From positions 204,675 to 268,674 of the forward strand of contig CAVRWT010000005.1 of NCBI GenBank assembly GCA_963724825.1: a stretch of 64,000 nucleotides of DNA, written 5' to 3'. Every line of letters starts with the position of its first letter. Position 1 is the first letter of the stretch. The notes beneath the pieces were generated by a model. The model was not told the DNA's origin and made no database searches. It saw only the letters and a program-made list of their open reading frames with translations. The stretch comes from an uncultured Acidobacteriota bacterium. GTDB taxonomy: Bacteria > Actinomycetota > Acidimicrobiia > Spongiisociales > ZC4RG35. Both the position numbers and the translations under genes were made by a program. Below are positions 11,525 to 22,350 of this stretch, in pieces.

Positions 11525-13027
11525 TCATCTCGGCGTCACGCGGTGCGCGGCGTCATTCCAGAACAACTCCTTCTCGAGCTCTCTGAGATTGGTCCCGGCA
11601 TCGATCGTCACCAGCTCGACACCGAGGATCAGCGCCAGGTCCTCGAGATGCTCGACCTTCAGCGCCCTGCTGTGACCCGAGTGGTGAGAGCCCCCGGCGA
11701 GGATCCACGCCTCGGCTGCACCCCCTAGATCAGGCTCCGGCTTCCACACCGACCTCGCCACCGGGAGAGCGGGAGTGCTGGCGGGTGGGGCAACCACCTC
11801 GACCCGAGCCACGGTCATGCGGAACCGGTTGCCGAGATCGACGACCGACGCGTTGACACTTGGCCCCGGACGGGCATCGAAGACGAGCCGCACCGGGTCC
11901 TCCTTGCCGCCGATCGAGAGGGGGTGGATCTCGCATCGCGGGGTGCCGTCCGCGATCGACGGACACACCTCGAGCATGTGGGCACCGAGTGTCAGCGATC
12001 CATCAGGGTCGAGGTGATAGGTGTAATCCTCCATGAAGGTGGTGCCGCCCTCGAGCCCGTGTGCCATGACCTTCATGGCCCGGACCATCGCCGCGGTCTT
12101 CCAGTCGCCTTCCGCCCCGAACCCGTAACCGTCGGCCATGATCCGCTGGGCGGCTATGCCCGGCAGCTGCTTGAGGCCTTCAAGGTTCTCGAAAGTGTCG
12201 GTGAAGGCGACGAAGCCACCCTCCTCGAGGAGCGACCGAAGGCCGAGCTCGATGGCGGCAGCGTCCCGCAGCGATTCACGGCGGTCGCCGCCGGGCCGGA
12301 GCTCGGGCGCCACGTCGTAGGCGTCGTCGTACTCGACGCACAGCTTGTCGATCTCAGCGTCACCGAATTGGCCGATACGGGTCACCAGTTCCCCAAGCCC
12401 GTAGCCCTCGACGTCATATCCGAAGACGCGCTGGAACTCGACCTTGTCGCCCTCGGTCACCGCGACGCTGCGCATGTTGTCCCCGAAGCGGGCGATCCGG
12501 GCATCAGAGGCGTCGGCGACGGCGAAGGCCGCCCTGGCCCAGGTGCCGATCCTCTCGGCGACACCAGGCTCGGACCAATGACCGGCGACGACCTTGCGCC
12601 GGGAGCGGAGACGGCTGGCGATGTAGCCGAACTCGCGGTCACCATGTGCGGCCTGGTGGGCGTTCATGTAGTCCATGTCGATGGTCGCCCACGGAAGGTC
12701 GCGTGCGTACTGGGTGTGGAGGTGCAGGTAGGGCTTGTTGAGCTCCTCGAGCCCCCGGATCCACATCCGTGCCGGCGAGAAGGTGTGCATCCACAGGATC
12801 AGGCCGGCGCAGCGCCGATCGGCGTTGGCCTCGCGCACGATGGCTGTGATCGACTCACCACTGCTCATCACCGGTTTGACGACGATGTTGAGCGGGATGT
12901 GGGGGCTGCTGTTCAGCCCGGACACGATCTGGCGCGAGTTGTCCGCGACCATGGCGAGTGTCTCGTCTCCGTAGAGGAGCTGGCTTCCGGTGACGAACCA
13001 AAGTTCTGAGCCTCCGGGATCGATCAT
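11525..13027 (-). CDS. araA: L-arabinose isomerase
   Basis: FVTGSQLLYG, WMHTFSPA, GYGFGAEGDWK, FMEDYTY, GAHMLEVCPSI, AGGSHH. Confidence 0.97.
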   Translation of the reverse strand: MIDPGGSELWFVTGSQLLYGDETLAMVADNSRQIVSGLNSSPHIPLNIVVKPVMSSGESITAIVREANADRRCAGLILWMHTFSPARMWIRGLEELNKPYLHLHTQYARDLPWATIDMDYMNAHQAAHGDREFGYIASRLRSRRKVVAGHWSEPGVAERIGTWARAAFAVADASDARIARFGDNMRSVAVTEGDKVEFQRVFGYDVEGYGLGELVTRIGQFGDAEIDKLCVEYDDAYDVAPELRPGGDRRESLRDAAAIELGLRSLLEEGGFVAFTDTFENLEGLKQLPGIAAQRIMADGYGFGAEGDWKTAAMVRAMKVMAHGLEGGTTFMEDYTYHLDPDGSLTLGAHMLEVCPSIADGTPRCEIHPLSIGGKEDPVRLVFDARPGPSVNASVVDLGNRFRMTVARVEVVAPPASTPALPVARSVWKPEPDLGGAAEAWILAGGSHHSGHSRALKVEHLEDLALILGVELVTIDAGTNLRELEKELFWNDAAHRVTPR

Positions 13028-13728
13028 TGGTCCCCCTGTCCGTAGTAGGCGTTGGCGCCGTGTTTGCGTTCGTGGTGTTTTGCAAGAATCCAGTCTTCGA
13101 GCGGGACGGGCTGCGAGCCCGCCGCCAGCCCGGTGAGCACGGCCATGCGGGCACTCGCTTCCAGCGCGACGGCGTTGTCGACCGCGGCAGCCGCGTCACC
13201 GCCCCAGACGAATGGGGCATGGCCTGCTGCCAGCACCGCCGGAACGTGCAACGGGTTGATCCCGTGGGACCGGAAATGCTCGACGATGACGCGCCCGGTG
13301 TTGGCCTCGTATTCATCGGCGACCTCATCTGCGCTCAGGGGTCGGGTTACCGGCACCGGGCCGTTGAAGTGGTCGGCGTGAGTAGTGCCCAGACACATGA
13401 GGGGCACCCGTGCCTGGGCGAAGGCGGTCGCATAGGTGCTGTGAGCGTGGACCACGCCGCCGATTTCGGGGAACTCCCGATAGAGCTCGAGATGAGTTGC
13501 CGTGTCGATCGAGGGCCTCAATTCGCCGGCGACGATGTTGCCTCCGAGGTCGAGCACAACGATGTCCTCCGGCTTCATGCCGGCGTAGGGGACGCCGCTT
13601 GGCTTGATGCCGATCAACTCGTCGATACGCCCGCTGACATTGCCCCAGGTGAGCGACACCAATCCTTCTTCCGGCAGTCGGGCGTTTTGTGCGAGTACGT
13701 ACTCGCGGAGATCGGCAGCGTTGGTCAC
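13024..13728 (-). CDS. araD: L-ribulose-5-phosphate 4-epimerase
   Basis: LTWGNVS, IKPSG, GTTHADHF, KHGANAYYGQ. Confidence 0.96.
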   Translation of the reverse strand: MTNAADLREYVLAQNARLPEEGLVSLTWGNVSGRIDELIGIKPSGVPYAGMKPEDIVVLDLGGNIVAGELRPSIDTATHLELYREFPEIGGVVHAHSTYATAFAQARVPLMCLGTTHADHFNGPVPVTRPLSADEVADEYEANTGRVIVEHFRSHGINPLHVPAVLAAGHAPFVWGGDAAAAVDNAVALEASARMAVLTGLAAGSQPVPLEDWILAKHHERKHGANAYYGQGDQ

Positions 13729-15396
13729 TTGGTCACCTCACTTCGGATCCGGTGCAGATCCTTCATGACGTCATACAGGTCAGACCGGGCCCCGTTGGCC
13801 GAAGGCATCGTGGAGTTTCCGGTACATCTCGTAGAGCTCGGCATAGACACCAACAGCCTTCGGGTTCGGGTCGACAACTCTCTCCGGTTTCGGGACCATC
13901 GCCGCCTGAGCTTCCTCGGTTGTCTCGTAAATGCCGGCTGCGACGCTGGCGAGTATTGCTGAGCCGACCGCACAGGTCTGCGATGTCCCCGCCAGCTCGA
14001 CGCTTCGACCCGTTACATCTGCATAGATCTGGACGAGCAACTCGCTCTTCTTGGCGATCCCGCCGCTCAGCACGATCCGATGAATCGGCACTCCGTTCGC
14101 CTCGAACTGCTCGATGATGCGCTGGGCGCCGAAAGCGGTCGATTCGATCAACGCCCGGTAAAACTCTGCAGGCGTGGTCGTCAGCGTCATCCCAACCATG
14201 GCGCCGGAGAGCAGCGGGTCGACGAGGACCGACCGATTGCCGTTGTGCCAGTCGAGCCCCAACAGCCCGCTCGCTCCCGCCGGGATCGACGCGGCTTCTC
14301 TCGCCAGCTCGTCGAGCCTGGCCCCGGTGCCGTTCGCCCCCGGGGCGAGGGTGTCGGCAAACCAGTTGAAGATGTCCCCAACCGCCGACTGGCCCGCCTC
14401 GAGCCCGGCCATCCCAGGGATGATCGAATCAGGAACGCTTCCACAGAGACCGGAGATCAGGGGCCGGTCGCGACGAACCACCGTGGTGTCACAGGTGCTG
14501 GTGCCAATGATCTTCACCAACGTGCCCTCGGCAACCCCGGCGCCCACGGCTCCGGTGTGAGCGTCGAATGCCCCGGCAGCGATCGTGATACCGGGTTGGA
14601 GGCCGAGTTGCTCGGCAATCTCGTCGGTCAATCCCCCAACGGGAATGACCGCGGCCTGGGCGACGGTCGAGTAACGGAAGTCACCCATGCCGGGCTCGAT
14701 GCTGTCCAGGAACTCTGTCGAGGGCAGACCGCCCCACTCGGTGTCGTACATCGCCTTGTGGCCGGCGGGACAGATGCCGCGCGCCATGCTCGTCGGGTCG
14801 AGTCGACCCGCCAGATAGCCGGGGACGAAATCGGCGAGCTCGACCCATCCTCCTGTCGCCTCACGCACTGCGGGATCGGCGCTCCGCAAAAAGTGGGCCA
14901 GCTTCGCCCAGTACCACTCACTCGAATAGGTATCGCCACATGGGCCCAAGTAGGGCAGTCGGTCGGAGGAGACCCGTTGGTTGATCTCTGCCGTCTCGAT
15001 ATAGGAGGTGTGGTCCTTCCACAGCCAGGTCATCGCATCAGGTTCACCGGCGAAGCGCTCGTCGAGTGCCAGCGGCATCCCTTTGGAGTCGACCGGGATC
15101 GGGCTCGATCCAGTGGTGTCGACCCCGATGCCCACCACCTGGCGACGGTCGAAGCCGTTCCCCTCTGCTGCCGCCAGGGCCCGCTGTATCGAGACACGAA
15201 GCCCGTCGACGTAGTCCTCCGCCGATTGACGGGCCAGATGGGCCTGTCCGGGGACGGTGATGACGCCGTCGGTGCCGTGGGGGTAGGCGTACTCACCCTC
15301 GCCCAGTTCCTGACCATTCCCCGTGTCGACGACCACGGCCCTTACACTTGCCGTCCCATAGTCGACACCGATGATCACCTGGTTCGCTGCTTCCAT
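13725..15396 (-). CDS. araB: Ribulokinase (frameshift near C-terminus ~13790)
   Basis: IGVDYGT, GIGVDTTGS, LWKDHT, YSSEWYWAK, EAGQSAVGD, DWHNGNR. True end in the other frame (VMKDLHRIRSEVTK*). ATG 15396 has an SD; in-frame starts extend to 15432. Confidence 0.93.
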
Positions 15397-15431
15397 CGCC
15401 GATGAACCTTCCCTCTTCGACGGGGTCATCA

Positions 15432-15457
15432 TGTTAACGCTCCCGTTAACGATAACA
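15432..15457. promoter_or_regulatory. Putative LacI-family operator between araB and the LacI gene
   Basis: TGTTAACGCTCCCGTTAACGATAACA, near-identical inverted copy of 11425-11450. Confidence 0.75.
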
Positions 15458-15520
15458 TATGGCTATAGTGCGGTGATCGCGAAAGCCGATAATCGTTCGA
15501 TTCGTAGAGGGAGCTAGGCA

Positions 15521-16561
15521 GTGTTGGGGTCGAGCCACAGGGTCACGATCAAAGACGTTGCCGCGCGCAGTGGCGTGTCGACCCAGACCGTGTCTCGAGT
15601 CATCAACAACCGCCCGGATGTTGCTCCCGAGACCAGAGAGCGGGTCGAGGAGGTCATAGCCAGCCTCGGATACACGCCGAGCGCGATCGCTCGAACCCTT
15701 GTGGCCAGGCGCAGCAACACGATCGGCGTGCTCATCGCCGGGATGCGATACACCGGCACCGTGGCCACCCTGCGTGGCATCATCGATCAGGCAGCCAGTC
15801 TCGGGCTCACGGTGCTCATCGCCGAACTCCCCGAAGGCGACAGCCTCGACGATCCGCGTCCTGCCATCTCCGCCCTGGTCGAGCATCACGTCGACGGCAT
15901 CATCATGTCGGTGCCTGCCATCGGGCATGCGGTGGACCGCATCAAAGAGGTGCTTACCGATCACCAGGATCCGGTGGTGTTCGTCAAAGCAGGCGTATCG
16001 GACAGACACTCCAGCGTGCTGGTCGACAACCTCACGGCCATCGAGGATGTCGTTGACCATCTGGTGTCGATTGGCAGATCCCGGATCGCCCATATCTCCG
16101 GCCCTGCCAACTGGCAAGAGGCGGAATACCGCCGCGATGGGTGGGAGCGCGGACTCAAGAGGCACCATCTCGATCCCGACCCCGACTTGTGCGAAGAAGG
16201 CGATTGGTCGTCCGCCAGTGGGGCCGCCGCCATGAATGCCCTGCTCGACCGCGTCCCCGATCTCGATGCCGTGATCGCCGCCAACGACCGCATGGCGCTT
16301 GGTGCCATTCATATCTTGCGAGGCAGAGGGCTGAGCATCCCCGAGGATGTGGCGATCGCCGGCTTCGACGACATCGATGAAGCCGCCTGGTTTGCACCGC
16401 CGCTCACATCGGTTGTGCAGCCACTCACCGAGATGGGGAGACAAGCAGTGCAGCGTCTGTGGTCTGAGTTCAATGGCAGCGAGACCGCACCAGTCGCCAT
16501 CCCGCTCCGCGCCGAGCTGATCATTCGCGAGAGCACGGTCGGCGCGGCCGCCGACAACTGA
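15521..16561 (+). CDS. LacI family transcriptional regulator (arabinose locus)
   Basis: TIKDVAARSGVSTQTVSRVIN HTH; NDRMALG, GFDD, PPLTSV. Confidence 0.95.
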   Translation: MLGSSHRVTIKDVAARSGVSTQTVSRVINNRPDVAPETRERVEEVIASLGYTPSAIARTLVARRSNTIGVLIAGMRYTGTVATLRGIIDQAASLGLTVLIAELPEGDSLDDPRPAISALVEHHVDGIIMSVPAIGHAVDRIKEVLTDHQDPVVFVKAGVSDRHSSVLVDNLTAIEDVVDHLVSIGRSRIAHISGPANWQEAEYRRDGWERGLKRHHLDPDPDLCEEGDWSSASGAAAMNALLDRVPDLDAVIAANDRMALGAIHILRGRGLSIPEDVAIAGFDDIDEAAWFAPPLTSVVQPLTEMGRQAVQRLWSEFNGSETAPVAIPLRAELIIRESTVGAAADN

Positions 16562-16594
16562 GAAGCCTCGTCGGCGCCTTCTAACCTCGAGTCG

Positions 16595-17515
16595 GTGGAT
16601 CCCGACGTTCTCGACTGGCTCCTGCAAGGGGACCCAGCCATCGCCTGGCAGACCCAACGCGACCTGCTCGACGCTCCAGCGAAGGAGTGGGAAGCCACCC
16701 AGCGCCTCGTGGCCACCGAGGGTTGGGGGAGAAGGCTGATGTCGGAACGCGAGCCGGGAGGCCGCTGGGACGGTGGCCTCTACTCCCCTAAGTGGACCTC
16801 GACCACCTACACCCTCCTTCAGCTCTGGAGGTTGGGCCTGCCGTGTGACCATGCCCAGGCCCGAGAATCGGTGGCGCTTCTGATGAATGGTCGGATATGG
16901 GCTCCGGATCGCGGCGAAGAAGTGATCCTGGAGGAGTGTGTCGCCGGCTTCGCACTCGCGCTGTCGAGCTGGTTCACGATCGATGATCGAGAGAGGGACA
17001 GGCTGGTTACGGAGATCCTCGAACGTCAGTTGGAAGATGGAGGATGGAACTGTCGCGCAAGCAGGGATCGAGCTGTCACCCACAGCTCGTTTCACACGTC
17101 GATGAATGTGCTCGAAGGGCTCAACGAATATCGCCTTTCCGAGGGAAAGCACAGTGGCGCGGTCGAAGACGCCGAAGTCAGGGCAAGAGAGTTCTTCTGC
17201 CAGCACCGGATGTATCTCTCGCACCACACCGGAGCGGTCCCCGACGCTCGCATGGGCCGGCTCCCGTTCCCACCTCAATGGCACCATGACGTGCTGCGTG
17301 GGCTGGACTACTTCCGAGCCTCCGGGGCGGGGCGCGACCCTCGACTCGAGAGCGCGATCGATCGGGTCAACGGCTACCGGGACGAGCACGGCAAGTGGCC
17401 CATCCACCAGGGATACTCGGGCAAGGTCTGGTTCACCATGGAGGCGGGGCGGAGCCCGAGCCGGTGGAACACGTTGCGTGCTCTGCGTGTCCTGCGCTGG
17501 TGGGGATCCTCCTAG
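16595..17515 (+). CDS. Hypothetical protein with prenyltransferase/squalene-cyclase-type repeat motifs
   Basis: WLLQGDPAIAWQ, LYSPKWTST, QLEDGGWNC, PSRWNTLRALRVL; TAACCT 7 nt before the GTG. Confidence 0.7.
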   Translation: MDPDVLDWLLQGDPAIAWQTQRDLLDAPAKEWEATQRLVATEGWGRRLMSEREPGGRWDGGLYSPKWTSTTYTLLQLWRLGLPCDHAQARESVALLMNGRIWAPDRGEEVILEECVAGFALALSSWFTIDDRERDRLVTEILERQLEDGGWNCRASRDRAVTHSSFHTSMNVLEGLNEYRLSEGKHSGAVEDAEVRAREFFCQHRMYLSHHTGAVPDARMGRLPFPPQWHHDVLRGLDYFRASGAGRDPRLESAIDRVNGYRDEHGKWPIHQGYSGKVWFTMEAGRSPSRWNTLRALRVLRWWGSS

Positions 17516-17687
17516 CGAGGTCTACGAGTCGGCCCTCGTCCGATGGAGAACTTGACCGGTGCGTAAACGGCGGAGTCGGAAACAGCGGGCCGGCGACATC
17601 CGCGCGCCTCGACCTCGGAGTACCGTGGAGTGCGCGCGGGGTCTCGTCAGAGGCTTGGGACTCTGACAGCTTGCGAAGGAGTTCCCC

Positions 17688-18359
17688 ATGGGCGAGTCGA
17701 CGAACGGATCGGAATGGATCTCCGCGGCCGAGTTCCACCGAGCGCCGGGCGTCTCCGACTGGCGTGTCACAGGCACAGGCCCGCAGACCGTCTTCACCGC
17801 GACCTCCCTCTCCCACGCGGCAGACCTCATCGCCCCGGTCATCGCCGCCGCTGAGCGATTCGGCATACTGCCCGACGTCGACGTGCGTCCCGAGGGAGTG
17901 GTCGTGCGCATCCCGTACCGCAGCCCGGAGGGAATCCCTTCGGCCGCCGCGGAGTTCGCTGCCGTCGTGTCCCGGGCAGCCGCCGAGCTGCTGCTGACCC
18001 CCGCTCCATCGCTCGCGCAGTCGATCGGCATCTACGTCGCCCAGCACTCCCAGGCCGACGTGCGACCGTTCTTCACGGCCGCACTGGGCTACGAGGCGTT
18101 CGGCGACACGGATGCCGTCGATCCGCTGCGTTGCGGACCGCAGCTCGCCTTCAACCCGATCAGCGGCGACTCCTCGGCGAGAGGCAGGACGCATTTCGAT
18201 GTCTTCGTGCCGGCCGACCAGGCTCGGGCGCGGGTGGATGCCGCACTCGCCGCCGGAGGGAGACTCGCCGACGATTCGCACGCTCCCGCCTGGTGGTCGC
18301 TCGCGTCGCCCGACAACCACGGCGTGGACATCGCGTCCTGGACCGACACCTACGACTGA
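17688..18359 (+). CDS. VOC/glyoxalase-like protein with a pterin-dehydratase-like N-terminus
   Basis: PDVDVRP N-domain; RTHFDVFVP..ARARVDAALAAGG..WWSLASPDN; GAAGGAG SD. Confidence 0.75.
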   Translation: MGESTNGSEWISAAEFHRAPGVSDWRVTGTGPQTVFTATSLSHAADLIAPVIAAAERFGILPDVDVRPEGVVVRIPYRSPEGIPSAAAEFAAVVSRAAAELLLTPAPSLAQSIGIYVAQHSQADVRPFFTAALGYEAFGDTDAVDPLRCGPQLAFNPISGDSSARGRTHFDVFVPADQARARVDAALAAGGRLADDSHAPAWWSLASPDNHGVDIASWTDTYD

Positions 18360-18456
18360 CACCTACTCGTTGCCGTCGCCTTGGCCGCGGCGTTGGTTGC
18401 GGCTTTTCTCGAAGCGGGAGATCTCACCTAAATCGCGCCACCGTTGACGATTTCAG

Positions 18457-18499
18457 GGTGGAGCTGACGGATTTGAACCCGTGACCCCCTCGTTGCGAA
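18457..18499 (-). repeat. Duplicated 3' half of tRNA-Ala (att-like site)
   Basis: GGTGGAGCTGACGG-ATTTGAACCCGTGACCCCCTCGTTGCGAA matches 22351-22394 except for one missing G. Confidence 0.92.
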
Positions 18500-18592
18500 A
18501 GATGTGCTCAAACCGCTCACCATGGTCAATTCTCGCCGGGACGCCCGCTTCCTCAATTCTTGCGATGTGATCGCGGCGATGTCCCAAGAGCC

Positions 18593-20302
18593 TCACAGCC
18601 TGGGCTTCTCCTCGCCGAGGGTCGCGTCGATGTCGCTGAGGGCGTCCTCGATCGAGGCGTAGAAGTGGTCGCGGTCGAGGGTCTTGAGGAGCCCGTAGTC
18701 GTGCACGAGGTCACGGAGGCGGGTGCGCAGTTCGACAAAGGCGAGGTGTACGCCCTTGGCGTTGAGCTCGTTGTCGAGGCGCTCGAGCATCCCCGCCGCT
18801 GTGACGTCGATGTCGGTGATGGCCTCGCACTGCAGCACCACCCACGCCGGACGGCGCTCGTGCACCAGCTGGCGGACCCGTTCGGCGAACATGCCAGAGT
18901 TGGCGAAGAACAGGGGCGCCTCCCACCGGAACACCAGCACGTTGGGGTGCTCATCGATGCCGTCACCTCCGGGGTCGCTGTGCCAGCCCTCACGGCCGTT
19001 TACACGTCCAAGTACTTCGCCGTGCGGCCACCAGTTTCGTTTGAAGAAGAGCAGGATCGACAGCACGACGGCGACGACGATGCCCTCGAGGACCCCGAGG
19101 AAGATGACACCGGTGCTCGCAACGAGCGAGAGCACCACCGCAGACCTTCGGATCTTCCAGACTCGGAGGAGGACGGAGAAGTCGGTGAGGGAGAGGCCCG
19201 CAGCGATGACCACTGCGGCCAGCGCGGAGTTCGGCAGGTCTGCAAGGAGTCCGTTGAAGAACAAGAGCAAGAGCACCACGACAGCGGCGCCGACAACGCC
19301 TGTCAGCTGGCTCTTGGCCCCGGACTGTTCGGCCACGGCCGTGCGTGAGCTGCTGGATGAAACGGCGAACCCTTGGAAGAACCCGGCTGCGATGTTGGCC
19401 GAGCCGATGCCGATCATCTCCTGGTTCGGCTTCACCTGCTCGCCACGGCGGGCGTTGAACGAGGTGGACAAGGCGATGGTGTCAGTCAGTGACACCAGTG
19501 TGATGCCAACCGCGGCTACGAGCAGCGGCACGACGTCGCCCATGTTGGTCCATGGGACTTCGGGCGTAGGCAACCCCTCCGGCAGCGAGCCAACCGTGGC
19601 GATGTCGAGGCCGAAGACCGCGGTGACGACGGTGGCGCCGACCACCGCGACGAGGACGGCGGGGATTCTCCGGGTGATGCGTGGGAGCACGAGCAGTAAC
19701 GCGAGCGTGGTGAGACCCACGGTGAGGGTCGTGGCGTCACGCTGGTCGAAGTTCGTCACGAACTCGCGCACCTCCTCGATGAAGGTGTCAGCGTCCGTCG
19801 AGAACCCGCTGAGCTTGGGCAGCTGCCCAACGATGATGGTGATGGCCAGTCCATTCATGTAACCGATTTGGACCTCGCTCGAGAGCAGGTCGGCGACGAA
19901 ACCGAGCTTGCCGATACCCAGCCCGACCTCGATGAGGCCGACCAGGATGGCGAGCATGCCGGCCAGGGCGATGGCGGTGACGGGGTCGTCGCCGGCCACG
20001 ACGAGCGGGGTGATGGCGGCGAAGATCAACGGCCCAAGGGATGAGTCCGGGCCGAGTACGAGGATCTTCGACGGTCCCATGAGGGCGTAGCCGACGAGGC
20101 AGGCGATCGTGGTGTAGAGACCATTCACCGGGGGCAGCCCGGCGAGCTCGGCGTATGCCATGCCCTGTGGGACCAGGATCGCTGCCAGGACGATTCCGGC
20201 CACGAGGTCGGAGCGCAGCCAACCCCGCTGGTAATTGCGAAGAGACGCGATCCCGGGCACGTATCGTTCCACGGCGGTCAACCGCTTTGCGCTCTCAGCC
20301 AT
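18593..20302 (-). CDS. SulP family anion permease with STAS domain
   Basis: DLVAGI..VPQGMAYAELAGLPP..GLY, SSSRTAV, APLFFANS, IDVTA; ATG 20302. Confidence 0.93.
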   Translation of the reverse strand: MAESAKRLTAVERYVPGIASLRNYQRGWLRSDLVAGIVLAAILVPQGMAYAELAGLPPVNGLYTTIACLVGYALMGPSKILVLGPDSSLGPLIFAAITPLVVAGDDPVTAIALAGMLAILVGLIEVGLGIGKLGFVADLLSSEVQIGYMNGLAITIIVGQLPKLSGFSTDADTFIEEVREFVTNFDQRDATTLTVGLTTLALLLVLPRITRRIPAVLVAVVGATVVTAVFGLDIATVGSLPEGLPTPEVPWTNMGDVVPLLVAAVGITLVSLTDTIALSTSFNARRGEQVKPNQEMIGIGSANIAAGFFQGFAVSSSSSRTAVAEQSGAKSQLTGVVGAAVVVLLLLFFNGLLADLPNSALAAVVIAAGLSLTDFSVLLRVWKIRRSAVVLSLVASTGVIFLGVLEGIVVAVVLSILLFFKRNWWPHGEVLGRVNGREGWHSDPGGDGIDEHPNVLVFRWEAPLFFANSGMFAERVRQLVHERRPAWVVLQCEAITDIDVTAAGMLERLDNELNAKGVHLAFVELRTRLRDLVHDYGLLKTLDRDHFYASIEDALSDIDATLGEEKPRL

Positions 20303-20422
20303 GGAGCCACCTGGGTCATCGAGAATTCGTGGAGCGTACTCAAGCCCGCCTCGCAGCGATCGGACTTGATCGCATTGCACCCGTGACCTGAATCCCGGCC
20401 CCGCAGTGATCGTTGCCGACGC

Positions 20423-22168
20423 TCAGGACTCGGGTAGTCCCAGTGATCGCAATGATTCCGACAGGTGAGCCTGTCCCGCCGGGTCACGGTAGGCCTCGAT
20501 CTGCTCGAGCATGGCGATGGTGATCTCGGGGACCTCTTCCTGGGCGGCAGCAAGTGCCAGGCGGGCCTCATCTTCTTTCCCCAACCGATGCAGGGCCGCA
20601 GCGAGGTACAACCTGCTGACCACGGTGTGCACCGCTGCGGCCTGGAGTGCAACTACTGACTCTTGGTAGCGGTGGGCGCCATACAGCGAGGAGCCGTGGA
20701 ACCATGCATACCAGGCCGGATGGTTTGGGTTGAGTTTCATCCCCAGCTCCATCGACTGGACACCCTCATCGGCCATCCCCAGTCGGTTGGCGGTGGAAGC
20801 CCAGTTGGCGCGGACGTCGGCGAGGCTCGGATTGAGTTCGATGGCGCGGCGGTACTCGGCTTCGGTGCGCTCGTACTCGCCCTGTGCCATGTGCAGCTCG
20901 CCGAGTAGCCAATGCACTTCGGAGTCGAGATCGTCGAGCTCGGCGGCGCGTTTGGCCGCCTTCCACGCCTCGCGGAGCGAAATCTCAGGTGTCTCGGTCC
21001 AGCCCCAATACACCTCGAACAGCCATGTCCACGCCAGCGCCACATGAGCACGAGCGAACGCTGGGCGGTGTTCAAGAACCTGGAGGAGGGGCTGCCTCGC
21101 TGCGACGTTGGTTTCCGGCATGAAGCGGTGCTTCAGCTCGAGGCCACGCATGTAGGCCTCATAGTCGCCGAGCGACCCGGGGTCTTGGGCGACGGTCCGC
21201 TTCTTCTCGGTCAACACTAGGACGCCGTGGTAGCCGCTGAGCTGGGCCACGATGTCATCGGTGATCTCGTCGATCACGCCGAACACGTCTTCGACGTCGC
21301 GGTCGTACTTCTCGGCCCAGAGGTGGCCTCCCGTCGACCCGTCAATGAGCTGGGCGGTGAGGCGCGCTCGGTCCCCTGACCATCGCACGCTCCCCTCCAG
21401 GACGTAGCGAACGCCAAGCTTGGCGGCGACGGTGGTGATGTCCACCGGGGAGTCCTTGTATACGAACGTCGAGTTGCGGGCAATCACAAATAGGTCTCTG
21501 CATCGGGAGAGCCCGGTGATCAAGTCCTCGACGAGCCCGTCAGCGAACGCATCCCGTTGGGAGTCGCCAATGGTCTCGAAGGGGAGCACGGCGATCGACG
21601 GCCGGTCGGGCTTCGACTCGGTCCTGATCGGCGGGAAGTCCTCCATCAATCCATCGCCTGTCACCTGATACAAGCGCTCGGGACGGCTCAATCCGCGGAG
21701 ATAGTGGTCACCGAGGTCGCGGTAGCCGAGCAGGTCTGCGGCCTCGTCAACCAGCTCCCTGGTAGCCGCCGAGACGAGGATCTGGCCCCCATGCCCCGCG
21801 GCCTCGATGCGAGCCGCCTTGTTTGGTGCGGAGCCGAGGTAGTCGCCGTTCACTACCTGCCCCGATCCTGTGTGGATGCCCATCCGTACCGTGAAATCGG
21901 CGATCGCCGCCTCCCACGCCTCGGCGCCAAGCGTTCGCTGTGACTCGACCGCCGCCGAGACTGCCCCGGTTGGGTTGGCGAACACCGCCATGAACCCATC
22001 CCCTGTCTTTTTAACGACCGCTCCGGATTGAGATGCGATGGCCTTCTCGATGATCTCATCATGTCGGCGCATCGCCGGCTCCATGACGTCACCGGCCATG
22101 TCCCACTTGGTGGAGCTACCGACGACGTCAGTGAAAAGAAACGTGACGACACCGCTCGGAAGCGTCAT
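20423..22168 (-). CDS. Adenylate/guanylate cyclase with TolB-N-like and TPR domains
   Basis: FLFTDVVGSS, KKTGDGF, GDYLG..NKAARI, PSIAVLPF, LFVIARNSTF, TPR-like C-terminus. Confidence 0.9.
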   Translation of the reverse strand: MTLPSGVVTFLFTDVVGSSTKWDMAGDVMEPAMRRHDEIIEKAIASQSGAVVKKTGDGFMAVFANPTGAVSAAVESQRTLGAEAWEAAIADFTVRMGIHTGSGQVVNGDYLGSAPNKAARIEAAGHGGQILVSAATRELVDEAADLLGYRDLGDHYLRGLSRPERLYQVTGDGLMEDFPPIRTESKPDRPSIAVLPFETIGDSQRDAFADGLVEDLITGLSRCRDLFVIARNSTFVYKDSPVDITTVAAKLGVRYVLEGSVRWSGDRARLTAQLIDGSTGGHLWAEKYDRDVEDVFGVIDEITDDIVAQLSGYHGVLVLTEKKRTVAQDPGSLGDYEAYMRGLELKHRFMPETNVAARQPLLQVLEHRPAFARAHVALAWTWLFEVYWGWTETPEISLREAWKAAKRAAELDDLDSEVHWLLGELHMAQGEYERTEAEYRRAIELNPSLADVRANWASTANRLGMADEGVQSMELGMKLNPNHPAWYAWFHGSSLYGAHRYQESVVALQAAAVHTVVSRLYLAAALHRLGKEDEARLALAAAQEEVPEITIAMLEQIEAYRDPAGQAHLSESLRSLGLPES

Positions 22169-22350
22169 GCTGTCCTCCCGACGATTGCTCGATCCTATCG
22201 TGGACCACGCTCCCCAGCCATTGGGACCCTGCTGATCGCGACAGGGTGGAATGCTGGGATATCGATCCGTGGATCCTGAGGGGCAATGGATGACAGAGCG
22301 AGCAGCTGCAGCGCCACGCGATCCCGCGCAAGGCCCTGACCAGGGTATTC

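Noticed and set aside
15446-17407. 653-aa minus-strand ORF and many other long antisense ORFs (e.g. 1156..2517, 14080..15405, 25147..26448)
   Set aside because: Shadow ORFs opposite well-supported genes in high-GC DNA; no recognisable motifs.
18457-18499. Second tRNA-Ala gene
   Set aside because: Only the 3' half is present, with no D-arm or 5' acceptor strand; treated as an att site.
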